A stretch of DNA of 33,096 nucleotides from NCBI GenBank assembly GCA_900128565.1, contig LT635956.1:1-33096 (forward strand), written 5' to 3'. A program made the translations under genes and the position numbers. Positions 1 through 9,770 of the stretch are shown one piece after another. Under the pieces are notes generated by a model. It saw only the letters and a program-made list of their open reading frames with translations. It was not told the DNA's origin and did not search any database. Each line of letters begins with the position of its first letter. Positions within the stretch are counted from its first letter, which is position 1. This DNA comes from Stramenopiles sp. TOSAG23-6. Taxonomy: Eukaryota.

Positions 1-106
1 TATTTTGGAAAAATATTTCAAAAAAAAATCTAAAAAAAATTGTTAGGTACAAAATGTACTATAAAAAAAATTCGATTTTTTTGTTAAAAAAAAAAATAAA
101 ACATAC
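1..106 (-). other. REV1 intron 3, repeated intron family, truncated by the window edge just before its 3' end
   Basis: ATA T|GTATGTTTTATTTT donor right after GGHGI; core GTACATTTTGTACCTAAC; ends ...TGAAATATTTTTCCAAAATA at position 1, matching the 3' tails of other copies. Confidence 0.85.
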
Positions 107-2512
107 ATATGCCATGACCTCCTTTTTTTGACGGTTCATGTATTGTAAAAAAATATGTTTCAAGTTTGAAATTCGTTAGGTACAATTTTTTTTTTTTTTT
201 GTAAAAAAAATACATTTGATATTGAAGTGTATTTTGGAAAAATATTTCAAAAAAAAAAAAACTAAAATTTGTTAGGTACAAAATGTCGTACGAAAAATAA
301 ATTCGAAATTGAAAAAAAAATAAAACATGACAACATACAATAGGTTGTTCAACCTGTCGACGTTTTATTTTCACAATGAGTCGATTTCCACACATTTGGG
401 ATTCTTGGGCTCTCTTGCTAATCTCTTCTGACATTGCATAAATAAATTCTTTCCATTCAAGATGATCCTCTTCTATTAAATAATCTTCATTTTTTGGTCT
501 ATTTGGAATATGTATCGATTTTGTTTTGTTTTGAAGACTATCTTTTAAATGCAGTAATGATAATTCTAGTTTATATGAGCGTCGAAAACGAATTCCCCAA
601 TTACAAACAGCACTGATAGATCTTTTATTATTTCGTGTTTCATCCAGATTATTGGGACTTTCATTTTTTTTTTTATTTGGGCTAATGACAGTACCAAAAG
701 GTGATGCATCAGTTATAGAAGAAGTAGCTATGGACTTCATAGGAGATGTATGTATGGATTCAGGGTCAATTCCGCGACATAAACGCCAAAAATTAATACC
801 TCTTTTAGTACCAAATAGTTGTCGGAGATTTTCTTTTGTTTGTTTTTGTAATGAAACTATCGAATTTATATTATTTGACGCAAAAGCTCTCAACGTTTTA
901 CGGCCAATACCAGGCAAATTGCGTAAATTAAATTTTGCAACAAATTCTAATGCGGCTGTTTTATGTATTTTGGAAAAATATTTGAAAAAAAATTCGTTAG
1001 GTACAAAATTTCGTACGAAAAAAACATTCGAATTGAAAAAAAAATAAAACATACATACGCATCTTTTTCAAATGTAGAAATATGAGAGCTTTGAACTACT
1101 GTATTTGATTTAGTTTTTGATTTCGTCGGTGTACTCATCCATGCCCTATCTGCGTCATATGTTTTATTCATTGTTTTATATGTATATGTACAAGGTGCTA
1201 CAAACATCCCATTTGGTTTAGCTTTTATTAAAGCTAGTCGAGCAAGAATTTTAGAAGTACCAATACCAACGGATGCAGTACATCCAATTGCAATTTCTAT
1301 ATCTACACGTATTTGATTTGCAATTTCCTCCGCAGTTTTAGATTCTCCAACTTCAGTACTAATGACAGATGTATTATATGTACATTTCCAACTAGGAAGA
1401 AAAATTAATGCCTCGTCAATACTTTTCTGTATAAATCGGCCACCTAAAGATGAGGAATGCTCAGATAATATACTCATCACAGTTTGAGAAAAGTTTTTAA
1501 TCATTTGTGTGTTGTATGGAAGCACAACAAGATATTTACATTTCTCTGCAGCAGTTTTTACATACATGCCCGCACGAATTCCAAATTTTCGTGCTATATA
1601 ATTTGCACTAGATACTTCACTTGTACTGGTTGTTTTATTATGCAAAGTAGAATTTTTAATGCTACCTGCATGGGCAACGACAACTGCACAACTTCTGATA
1701 TTTTTTTGTTTCTTTTCTGCAATTTTCATTGCAACTGCAGCAAAGAAACAATCCATGTCAATGTGTAATACAATTTCCCCCATATAAACCATTGCTTTCA
1801 ACTCAGCATGTTTTTCACTACTTTGGTCATTTGTTCTCCAAGTACCAATGGTATTGAGGCGACTTTTCTTCCAAAATTGTTGAAGAAATATTTTATCCAT
1901 TCTGCGTCTATGACAACCAGTGACTCGTGATGCTCGTGATGTCTGGTATTGTCGAGCATTTGAGCTTTGCTTATTGTTAGATTTTATTGATGTTTCAGAT
2001 TGTACGGATAAATTACTCTTTCTAAATATTGAGCTTACTGACGGCTGCGTTGTATTTCTGACGGTTGGAATGAGGTGCATTTCCACATGCTCTAAAGTAC
2101 CTGAAGCAACACTATGCATTATCCAAGACGGGAGAACTACAGGACGAAGTTTCTGACGACTTGCACCACTTGCAGTTCTCATTTCCTCCAACTTGTTGCC
2201 AGGAAGAGTAGTAGCAATAATATGAGTTGTTCGAGAGGCTTTGTAAGTATCAAAATCTCCACCATGAATCATTACTGTTTTATGAAGAATTTGTGCTGAT
2301 GGCTCCGTGAAACCATCAACATATATACAAATACCTTTAAATAGTGTAGATTCAGATGTATCCGTTCGAAACCTCTCAAACTGTAGTTTCATTTTCTTTC
2401 GCTTTGTAGTCATATAAGTGTGCCCACAACCACCATGATGAAGCTTGTCTGGTAAATCATCTGGGTTCTTTCGCTTTTCCGTTGACAAGGTAATTGATAA
2501 GGGTGAACTCAT
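107..2512 (-). CDS. REV1: DNA repair protein REV1 (Y-family deoxycytidyl transferase), spliced and 3'-partial; inferred exons 2512-1055, 962-339, 137-107, continuing beyond the window start
   Basis: N-terminal BRCT-like segment (FKGICIYVDGFTEPS...THIIATTLP...VVLPSWI), SRL N-digit, HIDMDCFF and SIDEA catalytic motifs, ASVGIG..KILARLA..KAKPNG, HhH NLPGIG, RSISAVCNWGIRF and KGGHGIC, spread over ORFs 947..2512 and 84..1052. Confidence 0.93.
138..338 (-). other. REV1 intron 2 (201 nt, compound, two core motifs), inferred GT...AT ends
   Basis: Removing GTATGT...ACAATACAT joins KRRQVEQPI to EPSKKGGHGIC, matching the REV1 motif spacing; contains two TTGTACCTAAC cores. Confidence 0.85.
225..331 (-). 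mobile_element. Inner family copy apparently nested in REV1 intron 2, flanked by TT
   Basis: GTCATGTTTTATTTTTTTTTCAATTTCGAAT...TCGTACGACATTTTGTACCTAAC...TTCCAAAATACACTT closely resembles REV1 intron 1; removing it leaves a 94-nt family-like intron. Confidence 0.55.
963..1054 (-). other. REV1 intron 1 (92 nt), repeated family, inferred GT...AT ends
   Basis: Frame switches between ORFs 947..2512 and 84..1052; TAT|GTATGT...TTTCGTACGAAATTTTGTACCTAAC...CCAAAATACAT|AAA restores frame into ALEFVAKFNLRNLPGIG. Confidence 0.85.
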
Positions 2513-2691
2513 TCTTTTTAAAGTATTTCACTTAACGAAAGCATATATATATAAATAGATGCTCAGTTATCGATTAATATCAATGATATCAATTCACATT
2601 TCAAGAAACTGCATCGCAAGAAGAAGAATATTTTCTGTTTCTTCTTCCCTTTTGGAATTGGAACGCAGGTTCTTCTGCTCTTCTTTTACTG

Positions 2692-2703
2692 TGCCACGTG
2701 GCA
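2692..2703. promoter_or_regulatory. Palindromic G-box/E-box-like site TGCCACGTGGCA in the divergent REV1/ATP23 intergenic region
   Basis: Perfect 12-bp palindrome with a CACGTG core in an AT-rich intergenic region; function not shown. Confidence 0.35.
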
Positions 2704-2833
2704 TTTGATTTGATGGCCAACTTTTATTATCGACTTGCAAGCAGCAACCTTCTACAATAAAATATAGTAGCTAGTAGCTAATGGTAGATCAAGTGTGTGT
2801 CCGATAAAATTCGAAATGTTGTAGCATAAAAGT

Positions 2834-3589
2834 ATGGGTGGTAGTAGCAACCAGAATAATGAAAATACAGATAGTGGTCTAGGTGTTGCTGCGTGTGTAG
2901 AAGCTACAAAGAAAGCACTGAGTACAGGTCGTCTCAATGTTCTGGTACGAGAATTATCGAAGCGAATAAACTGCAAGTTCAAAATTTACGCTGAAAACTC
3001 CAACCATTCAAGTAAACTAAATGAAGATTCACCTGGTCAGTTATCATTTGTTGAAGCTGGTCAATTCAATTTTTCTAATAGCGAAAGTAGTAGTAGTAGT
3101 AGTATCAGTAGTCAAACTTCAGAACTTCCAATAATTGTTCGACAATGTGTCAAAGATGGTGTTGAGGGAAATGCCCGCGCTTTCTTTTCTGATCCGAAAT
3201 CTATTACACTCTGTGCAAATCGACTTCATTCAGAAAAGGATGTAACAGATGTTATGGTTCATGAGTTTGTTCATGCATACGACTTTTTGGTTCTCAAAAA
3301 AGACCTTACAGACTGTGAACAACTTGCCTGTAGTGAAATTAGGGCGAATCGAGATGGAGAGTGTTATTCTAAATATGCTGAACAGGATAATAAGGGGATG
3401 TATTTTGTACAAAAACTAATGAAGTATAAGGAGAGAACGTGTACACTAAACTCTGCAATTCGTGCGACGCAATCTTTCTTTCCAGAAAAAGCTGAAAAGT
3501 GTGTAAAAACAGTTTTTGAAGAATGCTTTCAAAATCGAATACCTTTTGCTAGTCGTGGGCTTAAAAGTACAAAAAATGAGGCCAAGTGA
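2834..3589 (+). CDS. ATP23: Mitochondrial inner membrane protease ATP23 (peptidase M76)
   Basis: ITLCANRL, HEFVHAYD (HExxH), CEQLACSEIRA and C-terminal CVKTVFEECF..RIPF; intronless. Confidence 0.9.
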   Translation: MGGSSNQNNENTDSGLGVAACVEATKKALSTGRLNVLVRELSKRINCKFKIYAENSNHSSKLNEDSPGQLSFVEAGQFNFSNSESSSSSSISSQTSELPIIVRQCVKDGVEGNARAFFSDPKSITLCANRLHSEKDVTDVMVHEFVHAYDFLVLKKDLTDCEQLACSEIRANRDGECYSKYAEQDNKGMYFVQKLMKYKERTCTLNSAIRATQSFFPEKAEKCVKTVFEECFQNRIPFASRGLKSTKNEAK

Positions 3590-3868
3590 TATACATACAG
3601 TAGTTAGTAAATGTTGTTTACTAGCTTGATGGTATTATTTATGGCTAATTTAAGTTATATATAAAAATATGTGTAGAAATGAATCCGAAATGAATCTCAA
3701 AAGAAATTGAAAATTGAAAATTTGAAGGGATTTCAAAGCGATTTCAAAATTTGAAACCGTCATCTTTTTTTTTGACCAGTACTTTTCTTATACCCACGTA
3801 AAGAAGGTAGTAGCATTAGGATCATTGCAATACAATTTCATATATATGATGCATACGTTTGAAAGAAA

Positions 3869-6800
3869 ATGACTCGCACATTTCGCTCAAATATATCTCA
3901 GTGGTCACATTCCAAAGTTGCAATAGAATCTAAACTACAGAGGCGGGCCGTACATGAGAGAGAGTATGCTTTGTCTCGCCTCTTATTTGAATCTAAAGTT
4001 TCTAAAGAAATTAAAAGACGCAAAATTGAAAATATGGCCATATATGCAGCAAAGGACGCCGCTATGGCTTCCAAAGTAGCATGCCATGCTGTTGAACATA
4101 CTTTTAATATCATGAAACGAATGAAGAAACGAGTTTCCAAAGCAAAGCGTCGTGCAAAACAACTTCAAAAAGAGCGAATGAAAATTATTCATAGTAAACT
4201 TAGTGAAACATCAGTTGTAGTGGGGGATTTAAATATAGTTGAAAGTACTATGGATACATCTAGCTTTGGTTCTATTATAATGCCAGAGAAATCAATAGGA
4301 TTATTCGATGGTAAAATGAAACAAGCTACTTCTGTGAAAAAAAATCCAAATGAAGCTCAGCAAAAAACAAATGAAAATGATTTTGTTGCTGAAATTGTTA
4401 CTGAAAATATAAATGCATCAAATGATACTGAAAATGATACTGAAAAAGCCACAAATAAAAACGTTTTTGTCGCTGAAATTGTATCTGAAAATATACAACC
4501 TGAGAATAAAGATAAAATAGTAGAAATTATCTCAGAATCTCTTCATTATGACGAAATATCCGAGAAAATACCTGAGAAAATAGAATCGCCAGTTATTATA
4601 CGAAAACAAAATAAACAAAATACACTCGAATCAAAATTAGCACATCGTGATAAAATGTGGGAAGAAGCAGCAACTCGCTCCAAACGCCGGATAAATCTGC
4701 TGCAACATCTTGAAAACAGTTGGTTAGAAACAGTTGAAGAAGCTGAAGCGGACTTTTTACCCCCTCCTTTACCGCCTAAATTATTGGATGTATGTAGCAT
4801 TGTAAATGCTCAGCAAAAAGAACGCATTTCTAATCGATTGCGGTCAGCGTGGAATAATGCAAAACAAAATGCGGAATTGACAGGTAATCCGATACCCCCA
4901 ATACCACATCAATTAGTTACAATCAACGAATCAAAACAGCAATTTAATAAAAAGAATGCGCTTTCTAATCCTAAACGCGTAAAGATGAAGAAAGCTGTGG
5001 GATTGAAAGTGGTCAATACAAGTAGGAAAAAGAAAGTTATTCCAGTGAATAAAAGACAGAAAAATAGACGTAAACGACGTAAAAAGAGAATTTCTAGAAA
5101 TGTACCACCAAAGTTACCAATGAAGCAAGTATTGTCTCGAATAAAAGCTGTTCAAAAATTACTTGTATGTCGTATTGGAGGCTGTGACAATGAGCCACAA
5201 TACATCAAATCAAAAAATCTTTGGTCAGAATATTGTGAACAACATATGTGTCTCATTACGGGATGCGCAAATAAATCATCTAGCTGGAGTGGTATGTGTG
5301 CCACGCACGATGCAATATCTGTTTCATTCGTAATTGATGAAGCTTTAGTGCAGGAAAAATCAATGGCTGAAAAGCGTGAGATTTTCCGATTAAAAAGGGA
5401 GACACGAAAAAGATTAGAAAAAAGAAAAAGAATACTAGACAAAAAACTAATTAAATTTCGAGAAAATAGACTTCGAAAATTTGGATATACTGAGGAATAT
5501 ATTCAAACCTTGAACCAAAACTTTGAAAACATGCTCATCGCATTGAAAGCTGAAGAAGCAAAACGTAAAAAGAAGCGTAAAGTCAAGAGTAAATTGCGTA
5601 GAACAAAATCTATAAAGAGAAAGTTAAAGAGGCAATCGAAAAAAATATTTCATAAAAGGGCTCCAAAACAAAAGTCACTTTTAAAGAATACTTTGGAGAA
5701 AGATGTTAAATTACCTCCAATTCTAGAAAAGGCAAAGTGTGCTCGACGGATACAATCTTTACGCCGTGGATTCACTTCGCGTCGTTCACTTGCTGCTTCT
5801 CGTGCAGCGGCAGTATCACAAAGGGCGTCAATAGATGCCAGAATGAAAGCAGCATCAGCTTTACCTGCATGGAGCAAAATCGATGCAGAGATGCATCAGA
5901 GAGTTCTTTCCCGTGCGGGAACAAGTCGAATGCAAAAGGCGTTGTCTGAGGCTTTTAAAGTGGAATCATCATCTGGCGATGATAGTGATGATTCAGAGAG
6001 TGATTCGGAGATTTCAGCAAATGATGTGGAAGAAGTTCTTGATGAAAATGGTGAAGTTGTAAAAATTCAAATGCCAAAGATGACACAAAGGGATGCTGAA
6101 ACAGATGCAGAATATTTAGAACGAATGACTCGTGAATATGCCTTAGCAAAAGCTGCAACAATGCGCAAAAGGCTTGAAGCAAAACAATTTAAACCTGCAC
6201 AAAAATGTCAACGTATGGTCCGTGGATGGATGGCAAGAGAAAAGTATAAGATACTTCTGAAAGAAGTCAAAGCAGCACGCCAAATACAAAGAATATGGCG
6301 AGGTCTAAAAGGTAGGCGTATATGGGAAATGCTTTGTAGTCCAGTTTGGATGGATATTCTCACTCCTGAGGGATTAATCGATAAAACATGCAGTCGTGTT
6401 CGTTGTACTGTTGTATCCATCTATCATATTGCTGGTAAAAAATATGCAAGTGTTGAAGTTATGAAGACTACTAAAGGTAAAGAATGTGGTCTTATCGGTG
6501 TAAAGGATGATGTACTTGTGGAAAATTTATGGGGTAATGAAGTACGCAATAAACCTGTACCCTGGGCTAAAATAGTTGATAAACTCCGACCTTCTAGTGT
6601 AGTGAATAATACAACAAAAAAAAGATATAAAGCTATTAAAATTCTGAGAAAGTCTCTAGCCCAAGTTCATTCTTGTTTAGACAGTATACGTGATGATCTC
6701 AGAAAATCATTCGATGTAGAAGATGTACAGGAGTCCACTGCTATCACAAATTCTGCTCTGGTTCGTTTGGAGGAAGCAGTAAATATTATTGTACCACCTC

Positions 6801-7279
6801 TACCTCATGGGACTAAACCAAATGAATCAAATCAAGAGTTGTTTCAAACACGGGGACATTTCAAAACAGCAAAGGAAAAGCTGATGCGATCTTTACAACG
6901 TGTAGTGGTAGTGTGTGCGTTTTCATTATGAATTTCAAATTTTTTTTTTTTTTCGTACGAAATTTTGTAACTAACAAATTTCGAATTTAATTTTTTTTAC
7001 AATACATGTAGCGAGGAAAGCCTTTTAAAAGTTGGTCACTTTGGAACGATTCAAATGGGACCGAGACGACAATCCAGTGCTGCTCAACTTGAAGTTATAG
7101 AAACTGAGATAGTTGAGGCAGTTGCAGAAATTGAACAATTGGGTAATTGGGTTTTAGACTATGATACATATGGTCAGTCATATTACGTGAATACGAAGAC
7201 TGGGGCAACTGAATGGCAGAAGCCACGTTTGACGAATATGAAAAACCTCGCTAAAATAGGCTTTTTCAGTAATTGGTAA
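3869..7279 (+). CDS. Large basic coiled-coil protein with IQ motifs, a Cys/His zinc-finger-like pair and a C-terminal WW domain (~1105 aa, one intron)
   Basis: IQ motifs RRIQSLRRGFTSRR, KCQRMVRGWMAR, RQIQRIWRGLKGRR; CRIGGC...CEQH and CLITGC...CATH; the WW domain WVLDYDTYGQSYYVNTKTGATEWQKP joins in frame after removing the intron at ~6915-7007. Confidence 0.8.
6915..7007 (+). other. Intron of the repeated family (93 nt); GTGCGT...ATACAT preferred, GT-AG alternatives (6913 or 6919 to 7011) also in frame
   Basis: Contains the in-frame TGA ending ORF 3869..6931, a T-tract, TTTCGTACGAAATTTTGTAACTAAC and TTTTACAATACAT. Confidence 0.8.
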
Positions 7280-7336
7280 TAAATAAATGTGTAGGAAATA
7301 AGTGAAAATTATGATATTATGAAATTTAGTATTTAT

Positions 7337-8294
7337 TTAATTGAGATCTGTAGGGAGAATTGCACTAGGTTTGTGATAAGTACAGTTATCTTTAACTTTA
7401 CTGTCTTCGACTTGAACTGTAACATTATTCAAATCACTACCTTCTGTTTTTGATTTAACAGTATGCAAAACAATACGTTCTGTTTTTAACGCACTTGACG
7501 AGGTAGTACTAGGAGCTACTCCATTTTTTACATTTTCTGTTCTATTTAGTCTTTTCTGCTTTGCGGCTTCTTTGCGCGCTCTAAAAGCTGCCGCCTGACG
7601 AGCTAAAAGCCAATCATAGGTACCAACACGCGCCCAGACTACCAAATATAAATGAAAACCAAGTAAAGATAGAAACAAAGTGTTGTCAAAAAATATTTCA
7701 AAAAACAAATCGTTAGGTACAAAATTTTGTACGAAAAAAAAATGAAATTCATAAAGAAAACGTACAAGCTGTAACAATTCCAGCTATTAAAGCTTGAATT
7801 GCAAAAACTATAGCAAAAATTATTGACTCGTCCTTGAAACGCCAATCTAAAAATATTAATATATTGACTAGAGTTTGTGCGCCAAATTGAATCGTTCCAA
7901 ATGTAATGAGGGCAAAGAAAATTGGGTAGTTACGCTTCCCAATACAAGTGTTAAGCCACATACAATGATGATCCAATCCTTGAACATGTTTGTAGCACAA
8001 AGTACAATAATGTTTCTGACTTTGTGTTTTACTCATACACACACATGGTATACCACCTGGTTCAGCAGGGTCAATAGTTTCGACTAGATACCAAAGAATA
8101 AGAAAAGTGATAACTAACACTGAGTAAATTGTTAGACACGTAATCAACTCAGTTTTATATTTATCATCCCAAAGGGCAATGACAGTACCGATATAAAATG
8201 CGATAGTACATAAGGACCATAAAACCCACGTAGACTTTTGCTCTCGCGAATATGGTTTGCTAAATCCATTTATACGGCAAGCATTATTGACCAT
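7337..8294 (-). CDS. DHHC palmitoyltransferase (zDHHC), inferred exons 8294-7766 and 7677-7337 (~289 aa)
   Basis: RINGFSKPY N-terminus, HYCTLC...DHHCMWLNTCIGKRNY, four hydrophobic segments; TM4 LLGFHLYL and GTYDW lie in the second frame. Confidence 0.92.
7678..7765 (-). other. DHHC intron (~88 nt), repeated family, non-AG 3' end (inferred ...ACAACACTT)
   Basis: GCT T|GTACGT donor, GTACAAAATTTTGTACCTAAC core, and no AG between the core and the conserved LLGFHLYL codons. The exact 3' end is uncertain by whole codons. Confidence 0.8.
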
Positions 8295-8606
8295 ACCTAT
8301 TTAAATAGAAAAGAAGGACAAAGAACAGCAATCACCTCTTCAAGCAAAAGGTAGTATTTTGATTGTAACTATGCCACAAGTTTTATTTCTGCCAGGATAC
8401 TTTTATTCGAAGTGGCAACTTAAATCAATAGTTTTATCTATTAAAATCCTCAATATCAAATATTTTCTACCCCTGGCTCGGCTGATACTTATTGAGTGCT
8501 TCAATAATATCAACCAATGCTGCTGAAACAACAACACGACGTCCCCGGAGAATGAATGACATGCGTGAAATATTTTTTCAATTAAAACTGATTGATGGCC
8601 AAGGAG

Positions 8607-8625
8607 CCCTAAGCCCTAACCCTAA
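8607..8625. repeat. Short interstitial telomere-like repeat (CCCTAA x3)
   Basis: CCCTAA G CCCTAA CCCTAA in a divergent intergenic region. Confidence 0.55.
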
Positions 8626-8821
8626 CGCTATAATGCAATAGAAGTAAATTAGAAATTCAAAATGTGATGCTCGCTCCATTCATACTCATGAAGAAGAAGA
8701 TCTCCAAAATACTGTATCTACACAGTGAGGAGAAGAAGATAAACGCTTGAATAGATAACGATTGTCATTTACTAGAAGTGCTACATTACATATTTCTTAC
8801 GTTTTCGATAATACTACAGGA

Positions 8822-9454
8822 ATGAAGATAATGTTTCGTACTCTCATAAACTGTTTGCTTCTTCTAACACCAGCTATGAGTGTTAACTATACAAAGGATG
8901 ATGCTTGTACCATAATGAAAGATTTAAAATCTTTCGGGGTCGTAAAAGTTTGCGATGATCTTGGATTTTCTGCTTGCAAGGCAATTATCAAACATAATAA
9001 TAATGAAGCATTCTCGTGTGATCTTGTATGTAAAGAAGTTAGTCTAACTTGTTCAGCGGCGTGGAAAGTTGAAGCTACATGGGCAACTTATGAAGGAACT
9101 AAAAAGGACTGTCCAAAGGACGGCGACGGGGAAGTTACACTTTTAGCAACTTCTAAATCATGTGAAGTCTCGAATTCTGATAATAAGTATTGCGAATGCC
9201 AAAATATTAGAGATAAGGACATTTCGGTGTACGATTATCTGCTCATTATCGTTTTCATCACTTTCCCTGTGATCACGCTTATCTGTTTCACTCTTTCGTG
9301 TTGGACCTTAAGGACAGGAAAATTAGCTGAAATTGAGGCTGAAGAAGATGCACATGTTGCGAGACTGGTTAAATCAGCTGATGATTCCGGTCTTAAGAAG
9401 GATATTGAACCAAATGAAGTTAGATCTGCCGAAATGACGACGCTAGTCAAATAA
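8822..9454 (+). CDS. Cys-rich type I single-pass membrane protein of unknown function
   Basis: First ATG gives a signal-peptide-like MKIMFRTLINCLLLLTPAMS, followed by a Cys-rich ectodomain, TM YLLIIVFITFPVITLICFTLSCW and an acidic tail. Confidence 0.75.
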   Translation: MKIMFRTLINCLLLLTPAMSVNYTKDDACTIMKDLKSFGVVKVCDDLGFSACKAIIKHNNNEAFSCDLVCKEVSLTCSAAWKVEATWATYEGTKKDCPKDGDGEVTLLATSKSCEVSNSDNKYCECQNIRDKDISVYDYLLIIVFITFPVITLICFTLSCWTLRTGKLAEIEAEEDAHVARLVKSADDSGLKKDIEPNEVRSAEMTTLVK

Positions 9455-9770
9455 TAAAGTTGAAAAAAAAAAAATTAAACAATTCTTTAGACCTGATTAT
9501 AAAGATTTTTGTTTTAGAAGTTTTTAAAATGAGTAAATAAATAGGCTATGTCGATGTAATGAATTCTAATATATATATATATGAAAAATAATTTGTATTT
9601 GTTGTACACAATCCTAATTTTGAATTTTTCGAATGTATGAATTCAATTAAGATGTGATAGATAAATTAAAATTTAATACATATGATCAAAAATAACTATA
9701 TTCTTACTTTTATTTAAAACTTCAACAATGGTAAAGATGTCATTTTATGACTAACACAACACAACAGGTT

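Noticed and set aside
947-1054. REV1, DHHC and BAR frame breaks as pseudogenisation or sequencing error
   Set aside because: Each break coincides with the same donor/core/tail sequence, and the coding motifs on both sides are intact.
8762-8821. TTG starts in the ORF track (8762, 11521, 28714)
   Set aside because: In a eukaryote the downstream ATGs (8822, 28747) or splicing (11521 lies within an intron) explain these better.
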